This document shows, piece after piece, positions 37,523 to 52,900 of a stretch of DNA of 64,000 nucleotides. A model generated the notes under the pieces. That model saw only the letters and a program-made list of their open reading frames with translations, did not search any database and was not told where the DNA came from. This stretch comes from Eledone cirrhosa. Taxonomy: Eukaryota. The stretch spans positions 167,338,001 through 167,402,000 of the forward strand of contig OZ024741.1 of assembly GCA_964016885.1 (NCBI GenBank), written 5' to 3'. The position numbers and the translations under genes are program-made. Position 1 is the first letter of the stretch, and each line of letters opens with the position of its first letter.

Positions 37523-38478
37523 ATTTTAGGGAGAACCCTTTAGCGGCTAATAGTGGTATAAGCTCTCTGAACTTTTTCCATCCAGAACTGGATGGAAAAA
37601 GTTCAGAGAGCTTATACCACTATTAGCCGCTAAAGGGTTCTCCCTAAAATTGAAAGGCAGGCTGTATGATGCCTGCATACGAACAGCAATGTTGCATGGC
37701 AGTGAGACCTGGGCATTGTGTGCAGAGGATATACGCAGACTAGAGAGGAACGAAGCTTGCATGCTCCGCTGGATGTGTAATAGTAATATATGCGAACGGC
37801 AAAGCATAAACGAATTAAGGGAAAAATTAGAAATAAGAGGGATCAGATGTTGTTTACTCGAGAGAAGGCTACGTTGGTATGGTCACGTGATGCGCATGAA
37901 AGACGACAGCTGTATAAAAAAGTGCAGGGCAATAAAGATAGATGGTAGCCACGGAGTAGGCAGACCCAGAAAAATCTGGGACGACCTGATAAATTCCGAC
38001 CTCACACACTTACACCTCTCAACGACAATGTCACTGGACCGAGATCTTTGGCGGTACTCAGTAATAGAGAAGACCCACCTTACCTAAATACAAAGTAAAA
38101 CCTACTACAGTCAGTAGGCATCTCTAACAAAATACACCCCCGTCACACCACCCCCGTCCCATCCACACCGCCCCTTTCAATGTAAAGTATGTTGGTGCCA
38201 CAACATCCAGGCCGAAACAAATGAGATCGTGTAGGTGTCACGAGAAAAAAAACATACAGTCCACGCTGTAATGTGGCCGTGTAGGCAACACGGTAAAAAC
38301 CTCCCAGTCCCACACTGTAAATGTGGTTGGTGTTAGGAAGGGCATCCAGCTGTAGAAAACCTGCCAGACAGTCCTATGCGAGCAAGACAACCACTCTTGC
38401 CTCAAGTGGGAAAACTCCCGTCCAAACCCATGCAAGCGTGGAACATGGACGTTAAACGATGATGATGATGATGATGAT
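37523..38478 (+). mobile_element. RTE LINE 3' fragment with a perfect 63-bp fold-back at its 5' end
   Basis: ORF 37650-38087 (LHGSETW, RRLRWYGHV); 37523-37585 is the exact reverse complement of 37588-37650. Confidence 0.88.
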
Positions 38479-38744
38479 ATACATATATAGATGCATTGCC
38501 AAAGAAAAATGGGAAAGCAAGTCAAAAAACTTATTTAACAATGGTAAAATTTCAAAATTTCAGTATTCTACACAGCTGTTTCGTGAGTGAAAATAGAAGT
38601 GGCAGGAATTTTCATCTAACTAAACGCATTATATATGACTCATCCCCATAGCTTCAAAACAGGTTTTCAACACAAATGATGAGGAAACATAATAATATGA
38701 GGATACAGACAAGATGGTTAATAATTTTGTGGGTGTTTACCAAG

Positions 38745-39835
38745 TCAGTTGCCAGATGTCGGAGCTTCAATGTATCCATCCCCAGGGAAGCAAGGCGTTC
38801 AGAGTATGGTAGATGCCTGATGGAGGGTATTCACTTGGTTGTATGTCTCTGAACTGTTTCCAGGCGGTCAATGTTCTGAGCAAGATAGGGGTTCCAGACT
38901 GGTGATGCAAATTCTAAGTGTGGTCGCATCACAGCCATGTACACCCTTAAATAGATAGCTGGAGAGCGGCTGACAAAGGTCTTGCTGAGTGATGCTAAGA
39001 CACCCTCGACCTTCTTCACAATTTTAGAGACGTGCTTCATCCAACGCAAATCGCTGCTGACAGTAATGCCCAGGTCACGTTCACAAGAAAACTTCTTGAT
39101 ATTAGTGTTGTGGAGGGAGTATGTGGACGTTGGGTTTTTACCCCCAAAATGCATGGTGGTACACTTGTCCACAGCCAGCTTGAGTTGCCAGTCTGTGATC
39201 CATTGTTGCATTGTGTCCAGGTCAGATTGCAGGCAAGATCTATAGTGTTCAGGATCTGTCCTTTTTATCTCAAGGTACAGTTTCATGTCATCTGCATATT
39301 TCAGTACTGTGGCATTCTTTAAGTTGGCATCTATGTCATTAATATATGCCACAAACAAAAGGGAGCCAAGAACAGATCCCTGTGGTACACCAGATGGCAT
39401 CTCATACAGTGAGGAATGCTGTCCTAGAACCGTGACTACCTCTCTTTGACTGAGAATGAAGGACTTCAACCAGTTAAAAAGATCACCTATTGCAGAAAGT
39501 TTTGCCATAAGTTTTTTGTGTGGAACAGAATTGAAAGCTTTAGCAAAGTCAAGGTAAACAATATCCACCCATGAGCCGCCATCAGTGATCCGGGTGATGT
39601 CTTCAAGAAACTTGATAAGTTGATCACAGCAGCTGGAGTTAGGGATAAATCCAAATTGCGAGGGCCGGATAAGACTGTGAGAGTTCCAGAAGTTCCAAAG
39701 TGTTTCTCTGACACAGGATTCCATCAGTTTGGCAATGCAGCTAGTAAGACTGACTGGACGATAGTTGACAGGTGATGTGCGGTCACCCTTTTTGAACAGA
39801 GGAATGACACTGGCAGTTTTCCATTGTTCACAAAA
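38745..39835 (-). mobile_element. CR1-like LINE reverse transcriptase fragment
   Basis: WKTASVIPLFKKG...NYRPVSLTS, YLDFAKAFNSVPH, SGVPQGSVLG, YADD, ERDLG, RPHLEFASPVWNP (ORF 38831-39724). Confidence 0.9.
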
Positions 39836-41323
39836 TTGGAAGAAGAGTGATAGCTGGTGCAGAAGGAAGTACCCACCACGTTTGAGAAGCAGGTACGTAA
39901 CACCATTAAGACCAAACTAACAGGCCTGCTCTGACATAGAACAGTATCACATGCAAGGATTGCAGAGTAAACTACATTACTAAATAACACTGATCGCAGA
40001 ATAGAGTCCTGGACTAAACAGCAGTGATCCAGTAATATAAGATGAAAATTTGCATATAACTTACAAATAGATAGTATAATGACTACTAGGCAGTCAAGCC
40101 CAAAACCAATGGCTACTTAATTGTAGGACTGGGAAGGAAACCTCCTATGACCAACTGCTAATACATTGTGGGACTGGGGAAAATGCCTCATTAGTCTAGA
40201 AAGAGGACCTTCTAGTAGAAATGTCAAAATTGTTAGCGTGCCTGGTAACTGACAGGTCAAGCCTAGTCATATATTGTGTCATGCTGGTTTAGTTTGGGAA
40301 TTACTTGAAGAGTACACATTGCTTGTAGAATACTTAACTACTTGCACATTAATTCATTATTCTTTTATTCATTTACAGGTTTCAATCATTAGGATGTGGC
40401 CATGATGGAGCACTGCCTTGAAACGATTTACTCATTAACATTGACCCCAGTATTTCTGGTACTTATTTTATTGATCCCTTTTTTATTGAACATTATGTTA
40501 GATAATCAAAAACAGAGACACAAATATAAAAAGATATACAGACACATATGTATTTACTCCTATATACATATATGCATATTTATGTGAGCATGGAAAATAG
40601 ATGTAAAATAGTGATGATGATGATGATGAAGAGTAAGAAAATTCATGATCAGCTTCTGCAGTTTCTGTCAACCTAGGTCCACTCACAAAACATTAATTGG
40701 CTTTAGACTATAGTAAAACATACTTGCCCAAGATGCTGTGCAGTGGGACTGAACTCAGAACCATGTAGTTGTGAAGTAAACTTCTTAACCATATAACCAT
40801 GCCTACACCTATGTTGACTGGACATTTAGTTGATCAGACAACTGAATATTCATCATTGAAACTGACGGAGGATCCATCATCATTATATTAGCAGAGAGTT
40901 ATGGTGTTAGTGGTGGTGGTGGTGATGTGGTGATAATGATGATGATGGTAATGATAGTATTTGTAGTGGTGGTGGTGGTGGTGATGTGCTGATAATATGA
41001 AATAGCTACAGTTATTGTTTTTTTATATGAGAGGATGGGTAAACAAAAGTTTGTTAATCAATAAACATTTACAACATATTGATTAAACACTAATAGAGAA
41101 ACAAATGAACAAGGAAAGAATTTGAATGAATATTTATAAATATTGACAACTTAATCCTGCTTAAACCTTATATTTGCATCTTCAAGTAATTGTACCCTTT
41201 GTTATCTCACTAATTCACAGGTGCTGCACATTTCATAAATCACTGTTAACTACAATTGAAATTAAATATTTAAATAAGATATACATAAAGCCCTGTATAA
41301 TCCCTCTGTCAAGAATATTATTC

Positions 41324-41331
41324 TATATAAA
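41324..41331 (+). promoter_or_regulatory. Candidate TATA box of the secreted-protein gene
   Basis: TATATAAA about 50 bp upstream of the ACCATG start. An upstream non-coding exon (acceptor AG at 41367-41368) is an alternative. Confidence 0.35.
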
Positions 41332-41380
41332 GACTAGTCTGTTAAGGTTTGGTACATTGTCCTTTCAGGGTATTCTCACC

Positions 41381-41438
41381 ATGAAGACTGTATTGCTGAT
41401 CCTAGTTAACTGCCTGTGCACCAGCGTCATTTGTCAGG
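41381..41438 (+). CDS. Exon 1: signal peptide
   Basis: MKTVLLILVNCLCTSVICQ then G|GTAAGT. Confidence 0.75.
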
Positions 41439-43848
41439 GTAAGTAGAGAGTATTAGCTACCTATCTTCTATATATCACTCACTACATTTCGTTTCATGTG
41501 AGTAGAGAGTTTGGGCTATCTACCTTTCATATGTCACTCATGCATTTGGTGTAATGTAAGTAGAGAGTGTGGGCTACCTACCTTCTATGTGTCACTACTC
41601 CATTTGGTGTAATGGGCATAAGGAGCAGGGATGACCCCTGATGGTGGAAAGCTTTACAGGGGTGCTTGCATATTATTTATTGTAGCAAAAAATTAATTTG
41701 GGAACCCTTTGAATATTGTGAGTACCTTGGTTAAAACACAACCAGTCCCCCACCTTCACCCACCTACTCTCTGTCTGCAACTGACTACCTTCCTTCCACA
41801 TGTGTGTAGCTCATACATTTGATGTAATGTGTGCAGAGAGCTTCATAGATGTGACTTCACACATTTGGTGTAATGTAGTTGTTCTCAGAGACCCAAATTA
41901 CAATCCTCCCCATGCAATCCTAGGTTTCTTCAATTCTTCCTCATTTTGAAATGTCATCTTTCACCTGAACAACATATTAACATGAGTAAACTTTTCAAAC
42001 CTCCATAATTGTATATATAGTCCCATTTTGAATTGTCATCTAGTCACCATATTAACAAGCTTTTCAAAGCTCAATAATTGTACATATATAGTCCCAAACA
42101 GGATTAAGTCTGAAGCAGCAATTTGTCTATGAACTGTTAATTTGTGATCTCTCTTATAGTTTGGTATATTACTATTTCATTTGATATGTAACCCCAATGT
42201 ACAGTATTCTATTCTCGGGTTCGATACCTCCCCAAGGAACCAAGAACTTCCTGTTCGAGAATAACTAGTGTAATATGAGAAGTTGAGGATGCAGCATGGC
42301 CAAATAGTTCAGACATTTGCTTCACATTCGTTAGGTCCCAGGTTTGATTTCAATGCGTGGTATCTAAGTCAAGTGCCATTAACTATAGCCTTGAGTTAAC
42401 CTAAGATGTCAATAAATATATTATCAGTGAAGATCTCATGGTATTGCAACCTACAAACTCTCTTGGGTTATATTAGCATTGTTCGATACACAGACCTTCA
42501 TAAATTACATCAAATTTCAGATTTCATCCTTGTCTAGCCCTTTCATTACCATATTTCTAATAAAATACACTATATTTGATTTAATAATGAACAATTTGAA
42601 GGGGTTTACTAAAATTATTAATTATTTCATTATTAATATTTGTAAAAATAACTTAACAAAAGGGTTTTTATATTATATAAGATTTTGCTAGAAGGTTTCA
42701 AATGAATTTAATTTTCTGGTGGGACAAATTTCCGATTACTTATTTTATTCATTTATTAATCTATTTCACTGCGTTTTACTTTATTTTCTATTAGACACTA
42801 CGTCCGGTGATGTGATACGCCAACGAAGAGCTATTAATTACAAACACCATTTAATGAATGTGGAAATACCTGGAAGTAAGTATTGTCTTTTTTGTTCATT
42901 TTTTGTAGGATAATAAGAGAAGGCTGGGCCATCACAGCCATTAATGTCACAGCAATGGCGCTACTGTTAAGGGTAACTAGGCAGCTATCTAGAGTTGGCA
43001 CTCAGACCGCAGAGAAATACATTATTGAACCTTACCGTATCACAATTTTATACAAATTTGTATAATTAGATTAAATATATAATCATTTCCTGTCATCAAT
43101 AAATAAATCACCAAACATATTTGCAGTGTCACAACACTGTGGAAATATCTAAAGCAGTGGAGAGGGGTTTTTTTTGGCATGGGTGTGTTGGAACAGTATA
43201 GTAGAAAATGTAGGCTCAGTAATTTTCTTAGTTTAGCTAGAGCAAGAAATGTCAAACATTAGGTTTTCAGCTACCAAACTGTAAATGGAAATTATTTTAT
43301 TTTGGAGATAAGGAGCATAATTGTAAGAAGGTACCCATTGTTAGACTAGCCTATTGTGGTTAATACCTAGATCTACCCACGAAAGGAGGGCTAGTGTTCT
43401 GTTCAAGATCTCTGCAGGCTCTCCTCCCAAACTTGTGACTTTGATGCTGCCAATGCCATGCCTTAATATCTGTGTGTCAATGTATTTATTGACTCTAAAT
43501 TTCTGAGTCATAGAGTCAACATATTGAAATATGGGGCAGCTCAAAGCTGGCAGAACCCATCTTTTCTGTGGAGAGACATCAAGAGAGGTTGTGGTAGGGG
43601 TAGTGGTAGGGGTTGTGGTAGGGCTAGTGGTAGTGGTTGTGATGATGTGGCGGTAGTAAACCAGAAAATTTGTTCAACTAACCACCTCTATAGTTATTCT
43701 TGCAATTTTACAGTTGTGAACCCATTCCTATAATAATTATACAGTTACTGTTTATAACTACATGCACATAGCTTATATGGCACATTGTAAAATATATTGT
43801 TACTATCATAGTTATACAGTTACAAATTTCTACTGTTAGATATGTCTG

Positions 43849-43926
<78 letters not shown>

Positions 43927-46900
43927 ATATATACACACACCTGCCAAACAAAGGTTTGGGAGAGCCCTTCAGTTGTGTCAAAGACATAACAATCTCCCAA
44001 GTGCTAATGTCACTAAAAATGGACTTAGTAGAACACTGGATAATATGTAAGCAAGATACAGGTCCTCAGTCTATCTATGAGATCAATACTTCCCTTGGTC
44101 TGTGAAGACTGGTCCAGCCCTTGCTAGCAGGGGAAATTGACGTTAAATGTTGATGATGATGATTCTTTCACTCTCTCTCTATATATATACATATACATAA
44201 ACATACACACTCACACACAAACACATACACACTCACACACGCTCAAATAAAAACACACACACAAACACACACACATACAAACACAGAGAGAGAGAGAAAT
44301 ACGAGCCTGGCAAAAATGACTAAACAATTATGGCTGGAATGTCTTTGATCAGATATCTACTCAATCAGCTTTGACTAAACAACTACTACTGCTACTACTA
44401 CCACCTCCACTCCCACCACCACCATTACTTCTACCACTACCACCCATTACCATTACTACTACTATTTACAGTTATAGATAGTTAAATAAATGTGTCTGTA
44501 TACTGAGACATAAGATATGGGTGGTGACCTCTCAGCTGGTTACCCAACTCTCAGTATCACTAACAGCACTATTATCTCCCTTGATGCTTCATTCATTGTT
44601 AACCAATAAATTGGCAGAGTCGTTAAGGATTATATCCCTTGGTATTTGTTCTGAATCATTGCACTCTGAGTTCAAATCCCGCCAAGGTTAACTTTGCCTT
44701 TCATTCTTACGGGGTTGATAAAATAAAGTACCAGTAATGCACTGGGATAATTGCTGGCAAAAGTAGAAGCAATTATTTTGACGCTATGGCTCGATCAGGA
44801 GTTAAGTGCTCTTTCCTTTCCTTTATTAATATTCTAAGTAAGATTGGCTTTAAGTTTCTTTTAAGAATCACAGAAATTTGGCAATCTCCAGCAATCACTA
44901 TATATAAACAGGCAATAAAATGTAATCCCAGGTTGTAATAAGTATAGAAAGGAGATGACAAAGGTGTGTGTAAAAGAAGGAGAGGTGGGCAAAGAGAACG
45001 AGAGTGAAGAAGAGAAAGAGAGAGGAAGGAAGAGAAAGAAAGAGAGGGGAAGAGAGACAAGAATTATTCTTATGAAAAATGTTGCTTATCCTCAACCGAT
45101 GAATGAAATATTTCGTTTTAGTAATTTCTTTAATTTGACACTTTAGCATATACATTACTTTATATTTACTATTGTGTTTGTAGTAAAGGATCTATCTTAC
45201 ATAATTATCTCACATAGTATCAAATCTTCGAGATTTTGATGTTATTTATTTTGAGAATAATACCTTAACATCAGTATGAGTGGCTGGTTACAGCTGGCTT
45301 AAACAGAAAGAGGTGAGAGAATTCTGGCCAGTTTAAATACTAAATGGTTAAATCTATTTGATTTATTTTGGTGTGTTGTATATATGTAATTACCTAATAA
45401 AATATTTTAAATGTCATATTGATTTTTAATACTTGATGATTGTTTCTAATTATACCGTGGAATTTCCATGGAGTCAGCTTGTTTGTTTTAAAGTGTTCAT
45501 GTCATCATCATCACCGGTTAATGTCCATTTTTCCACATAAGCATAGATTAGACAAGTTGTCCCATTGTAAGACAAGCCAGATCAGATGACCATGTCTTAC
45601 TCATACAGAATTATTTCTTTTTTGGTTTCTATGGTTGGATATCCTTCTGGGCACTTTTTGTCATGTCACCAACACAACCAATTTAAGTGTAGACTGAGTG
45701 CTTTTTTTGTGGAATAATTTTAACTTCTTACCATAATTTTATGTTAGAAAATTTTGTTATGTGGTGTCAAACAAAAGCTATAGAATAAAAAAAATTAGTT
45801 ATTTTAATAAATTCCTCAATATTCTTGATTATTTTCAAAGTTAGCTGAAAATCTCAGGCAATATACCTCATTAGAAATATGGTAATGAAAGGATTAAAAG
45901 AGACTTAAAGCAAAAGAATGCTGAAAGATTGCATTTTTTGCCAATTTATTCTTTTCATTCTATGTTTTGATTTCCCATCTTCTTGCAGGTTTCTTTATGA
46001 AAACATGGTTTATTGAAGTGACAAGATGTTTTGTTCCCCACTACACCTATATCACCATTCTCGATGACATTTCACTGGAACACTGTTCTTACAAGTGTCT
46101 TCTCATGTACGGATGCAAGTCATTTGAGTATGCAAAAGAGAGACGCCAATGTTTCCTCTCTCCCTTTAATGCCCAGACATACAAGGCCAGATACAGCTTT
46201 GATCGAGACTACTACCAGATGATAAAGCGTATGTATATTAGGATTAACTCTTTTATAACGATTTTTCTAAACTTAAGAATTTCTCACTAGTTTAACCCTT
46301 TAGCATTTACATTACTCTATATTTACTATTGTATTTTCATGGTAAATTTACCTCACATAATCATTTCACATAATATTGAATCTGTGAGATTTTGATATTA
46401 TTTATTTTGAGAAAAAAACATAAGTATGAGTGGCCAGTTATGGCTGGTTTGAACAGAAAGAAGTGAGAGAATTCTGGTCGGATATGGTCAGTTTAAATGC
46501 TAAAGGATTAAGCATGGCAGTTATTGTAATTAGTTTCATATATGCTGCATCTGTGTATTAATTTTTAGTTTACTTTCTGATATTAGTAAAGTCTGCATAA
46601 TCGTTCACTTTGTTTTGTTTAGAATTTTATATCAAACATCCATGATTTCTCACCACTCCATCATCATTTACTACCACTACTAAGCATGGGATAAATACAC
46701 CATTAATATGACCATTCTGATTCTGAAGATGGAACCATGAAGGCCTCAAAACATTAATATACTTATGGATTTAGGAACTTTACTGTTCCAAACTAAACAT
46801 CAAGAACTAATAAGGAATTATGAAAGTATTTTAATGAAATTATCTAACTGAAGCACAGTCATATTTTCAATATAACATGTTTGAAAGGAAAGCTGCTCTC

Positions 46901-49900
46901 TACTTATACAACTATATATATATATGTGTGTGTGTGCATGTTGTGAGTGTGTGTGTGTGTGTAAAACATAGGATTGTCATGGATTGTCATGGATTGTCTT
47001 TGATCATTGGAATGTCAGTCATTTCAGGGTTGATCTAAATCTAAACAACAACCTTTGAGTAACTATCCTCTCAGAGTTGCTTCTTTTGATTGGATTTTGT
47101 TATTCTTTTTTAACTGTCATCATCATTCTCAGCAGTGCTAGCTTCGTCTTCTTTATAATCATTATCAACATGATTTGAAATTTTCATTTTATTAGAAGAG
47201 TCATTTCAGCCATTTAAAAACACAAAAACTGTTAAATTCACTTTACATTTATCATTTATTGCTTGGAGTCAACATTTTCGTCACACTATTTGCGATCTCG
47301 TCACTGATAGTTTCCACAGACCAATGAAAATTTTGATACCAAAATATAAATGATAAATATAGAGGCATGTTAGCCATTTGGTCATTTTGGGCAATGTCCA
47401 ATGGTCTGCTGGACTGTATTAAAGAAAAAATAGCTAATAAAGTGTCATGAAAAACTTCATAAAGTTAGAAACAAAAATTGAAAATACCTTAGCTAAGCAA
47501 TGAAAACACACCCCTAGCCCTCAACAATCTATTAGTCAGTGTCAACTTGATTGAACAGTGAAAACACACCTCTGGCTGTCATCAGTCAGCAGTCTTTTAT
47601 TTGTTTTTACAGAGATGAGAAGGGAAAACACACTTCTGGCTCTCAGCAGTCAGCTGTCTGTTAGTCAGTATCACTTGTTTGAAGATCCTGTTTGCTTCTG
47701 ATTAAATGTAAAGTGAAGTTAATGATTTTTGTGGGCTTTTCAATGGCTAAAATGACTCTTCCATGCTGTTATTTTTTTAGTTTCAACAGTCACAGATCAA
47801 GTTATTTGCCAGACAAATACAACTGTAGCTAAAATGACTCTTCCACATTGTAAATGCCTTACTCAGATTTAGTTACCTGCCAAACAGTTTCAATGCACAG
47901 TGTCAAATCAAGTGTTTGCCAGAAAAGTACAATTCTGCCATTTTATTCTTGTGTTTTTATTTATTATTCCAGCTAATGATGAATTTGTTAAGATACTCGG
48001 AGTATCAATTAGAGGCCATGACCTCATGAGAATACGTAACATTGATGTGGAAGACTGTCTTCATAAATGCAAGAATTTGCCAGAATGTTCCATGGTAGAA
48101 TACAAAAAAGAACAGGCCAAATGTGATTTATCCAATGTCACTTACTCTACATACCCACTCAGTGTGAATGCCTTTGGATGGGACTTCTACCAGAAAAACC
48201 CAGGTATGTTGTTAAAAGTATACTTAATTTTATTATTCCAAAGCAAGGTATTAACCTGCCTGAAACCACTCTGAGTTTGATACAGAACTGCCCATTTTAA
48301 AGTGTTCATACTTGTTTAAAACTTTCCATCGTAATTGTATTAAGAATGTTTTGTTCAGCAATGTTCAAAACCATAGCTTAATAATAATTGTTTCTACCTT
48401 TGGCACAAGGCCAGCAATTATCCCAGTGTATTACTGGTACTTTATTTTATTGACCCTGTAAGGATGAAAGGCAAAGTTAACCTCGACAGGATTTGAACTC
48501 AGACTGTAAAGGGACGTAACTATGCTGGAAAGCATGGTGTCCGACCCTCTACCGATACTGCCAACCCATTAATAATAATGATTTCTGATTTAGGCACAAG
48601 GCCAACAGTTTTGGGAAAGAGCAAAGTCGATCGAATAGATTGCAGTGCATTACTGGTGCTTTATTTTATCAATCCCATAATAATTTTGGGGGAGGGGAAG
48701 ATAATGATTTCTACTATAGGCAAAAGGGGAGGAGAAAGTTGATTAAATCAACTCCAGTGCATTGCTGGTGGTTTATTTTATCAACCCCGTCAAGATGAAA
48801 GGCAAAGTTAACCGTGGTGGGATTTGACCCAGAACGTAAAGGGCCATAACTCTATGCTATAAAGTATGGTGTCTGTTGCTTTACCGATACTTCCAATTCA
48901 CTGCCAATTACTAGCTTACTATTAATAAAGTTAGTTATTTTATTAAATCCCTTCAAATTTTTGATTATTTTCAAAATTAATAGAAACACATGAGTAGTGT
49001 CTTTCATTAGAAATATGGTAACAAAAGGGTTAAAATGTATGTTGTCGTATTCAAATGGATTTTCTTATGAACTTTTTCCAGTTTATTGCAACTTGAAATG
49101 TGGACCTAGGGAATGGTGCCAGGTTAAGAACTCCCAGCAAAAGTGTGTTTGTTATCCAGGGTGTGTGAAACTACCCTCAGGAAATGGATGTTATGGTAAG
49201 ATATGAGCTTGTTCATGATGTTGCTGCTGTCAGCTTTTTAGTTCTATTTTCGTTTTTTATATTGCAACACTTGATCACATACACAAAGCACACACATATA
49301 TGACTGCACATACACACACACACACACAGGCACACAACATACAAACATCCCGTAAACACACACAAATACATGTAAACACAAACACAGGCACCCACACATA
49401 CAGTGGATACATATACACAAACACACATATACAAACATACACACACACACACACATACAGATACTCGTGCATATATATAAAATTCGTTTGTGGCTTGATG
49501 GTTAGGAAGTTTACTTCACAATCCTGAGCTTCAGGGTTGAGTTCTGTCCCACTGCATGTCATCTTGGGCAGGTGCCTTTTACCATAGCATTGGGGAGACC
49601 TAAGTATTTTCAGTGAAATTGGATAGACAGACATTGTATGTAAGCTGCTCTATATCTGTAAAATAAATTAGGAACCTTGTTACATCATTTCACACATATT
49701 CCACATGAGAATTACATTAACCCTTTAGCATTTAAACTGGCCATATCCGGCCAGAATTCTCTCACCTCTCTCTGTTCAAACTGGCCATAACTGGCCGAAG
49801 TTATTGTTCTCAAAATAAATAACATCAAAATCTCATAGATTCGATAATTACGTGAGTGAAGCCTTTACCACAAAAATACAATAGTATATATATAGAATAA

Positions 49901-52900
49901 TGTAAATGCTAAAGGGTTAAAGGTTCATTTATCTGTGGAATATTCAATCACTTTACACAATTGTAGAGTGTTCAGTTAGTCAAACAACTGGAAGCTCATA
50001 TGTCCTCTACAATGAAGTCATCATCATCATTATAATCATTTTATGTTATATAAAATGAGCTTCTGCAGTTTACATCTCCCAAATGTTATTCACATGACAT
50101 TTGTCAACCCATGGCTAATGTAGAAAACCCATGCTTAAAGTGCTGCACCACGAGACTGAACCAGGACTATGTGATTGTAATGTGTAATCTTTAACCACAC
50201 AGAAGTACCTGCACCTAAAATATGTATTCTAAAGAGCAAAATTGGGATTGCCTGATATCTGTTTGTGACCTGAGAGTGAAAGTATGACTGAAAAGATTTT
50301 TAAAATATAACCTTAACTATGAATATATAAATAAATTGTGAAGTCTGACTTGCTTGTTTGAAATGTCAACTGATGATACAGAGGTCACCTAGTTTAATAA
50401 AACAGAAAAGAGGGGAAAAAATGGAGAAAATGTACTTTACTATATATGCCTCCTTATCATCTGTCCAATGTGACAGGAGTAATTTTTTCATGTTTTTTTC
50501 TCACTGTCATACCTGAAATTTAAACTCTACTGGCCTTGGCCTCCTTATGACAGATGAGCTTTTAACTGCCTTGAACTTTATATTATTCATGTTGTACTGA
50601 TATTTATAATGTAATAGATGAGTGGAATATAGCTCAGGGAGAGGAAGACAGACAATGATTTGCAGAAGAACATAGGAATAGAGCCAGTGATAAATGTTGT
50701 AAGAAGAAATGTAATGAAATTGTTGGGTCATGTGTTGCAAAAGATGAAAAAGTAACTCAGTGTTGGGGATAGAACCAGTGATGAATGTTGTGGAGAAAAA
50801 TGAAATGATATGGTTGGGTCAGGTGTTGAGAAACGATGACAATAACTGGGTGAGAGGGCTGATTGACATAGAGCCAGTGATAAATATTGCATATTTATAT
50901 ACAAACACACAGTGTATCATTATGGCACTGCATTTCCTATATCAATTATGTTGTAACATTAATAAGTTCACTTTCCAATCACAAGCTCCTGGGTTCTAAC
51001 CCTATATTTTTGCCTGTAAATACATTTAATCCTGTGTGTCATTTGTATGTACATGGCGAACATTTATGTAATTATATCCTAGAAACAAATTATTAAAACA
51101 TAATTTTCAACTTTAATCACTTCCACATATCAGTAATTAACATAAGCTATAGGGTTTCAATTATGCAAACCTTGATTTTATCAAAATGCAAATTTCCCAG
51201 TTTGTATGTTTGTTCATATATCTAGTAGTCTTGGTATATATGGTACACCAATCCTAGATGCCAAAAATTAAATAGATTCAATGCTATTGTCATCATTATT
51301 GACAGTACTGGTTCACTACTACTAATATAACAATCAACATTTTTTGTTACAGAGAAACCAATATATAAAGGCAAAACATGTAAATGTTCAGCATCTGGGG
51401 ATCCTCATTACCGGACTTTTGATGGCCAGTTGATCCACTTCATGGGAACTTGTAAATACACTTTGGCACAATCTCTGCATTCTGAAGGTGTTGAATTCTT
51501 CAAAGTTGAAGTGAAGAATGAAAACAGGGGTAACTCAAAAGTCTCCTATACCCGAATGGTTGACATTATTCTGGAGGGCGCTGTCATCCGTATTTTGCCA
51601 GGACGTAAAATAAGAGTGAGTTGATTTAAACATTCTTTCAGTCATGTTTGACTTTATTGTTAAGTGTTATTTGTTTCTAAGTCATGTGACTTAGGGGTTA
51701 TGGTATTTGGCTCATGATCATAACATCATAACTTTGATTCCCAATGGTGCATTGTGTCCTTCAGCAAGACACTTTATTTTATATTGCTCTAGTATACTCA
51801 GCTTAGAACTATGTTAACAACAGTACACATGTCTGGAGATTACTTGGTATTGTGCACATTAATTACATGAGCAGGCTGTTCCATTTTTTTAACAACTCGA
51901 GCACTTATCAGAACTGATGGAGGTCCAATGATATGTTTTTGTTTGTAAATGGCTGCTGGGTTTGTGAAACCAGCAGAGCTCTAGATCATCATCATCATCA
52001 CTTTTATGTCCATTTTTTCCATGCTTGCATGAGTTAGATGGGTCCTTCTCAGCACAGCATCTCTCCACACACTGCATTACTTCATCATCTCCTCTGTCAG
52101 TTTCAATGATTTGAGGTCAGCTCTCACTACCTCTGCCCAAATAATAAATAAATAAATAAAATCAATACTTTACTATATTTAGTTACAACCCCAAAATATT
52201 CTGAGTTCTGATTTTGCTCTTCATATATTAGTGAAGGTGAATGGTTTAGTGGGTAGGATGTTGGGCCCATGATTTAACCCTTTAGCATTTAAACCGGCCA
52301 TATCCAGCCAGAATTCTCTCACCTCTTTCTGTTCAAACCAGCCGTAACTGGCCACTCATACTGATGTTAAGGTATTGTTCTCAAAATAAATAATATCAAA
52401 ATCTCATAGATTTGATATTATGTGAGATATTATGTGACATAAAACCTTTACCACAAAAATACAATAGTATATATAGAGTAATGTAAATGTTAAAGTGTTA
52501 AGCATGTGAGTTCAATTCTTAGATTAGGCAATGTGTTGAGTCCTTGAGCAAGAGACTTTATTTCATGTTGCTCCAATTCACTCAGTTGGAAAAAAGGAGT
52601 TGTGATATCACTGTTCCAAGCTGTATCAGCCTTTGCCTTTCCCTTGCACAACATCCATGGCATGGACAGAGGAACTTTCCAGGTGCAAACTCATGGTCAG
52701 TCATAACTGAAGAGAATCATTCAATGGTCTATAAAATAAACACCAGTCATATACTGGGACTGTTTCAGTTGGTTACAGTCTCTTTGTGGCCATCTAGTTA
52801 AAAAGTTAAAAACACCTGAGAAACCTCCTGTGAGATGAAGCCTTGTAGGAAGTCAGGTAAACTAACATAAGTGTGGGCTGTAACAACATGATATATAGAG

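Noticed and set aside
38568-38650. HHR-like motif on the minus strand (GAUGAG...CGAAACAGCUGUG)
   Set aside because: The CU of the core is missing and position 17 is G; relic only.
50760-50870. ORF inside intron 5 (WLGQVLRNDDNNWVR)
   Set aside because: Resembles a decayed RTE C-terminal remnant; it is not needed for the exon phase chain.
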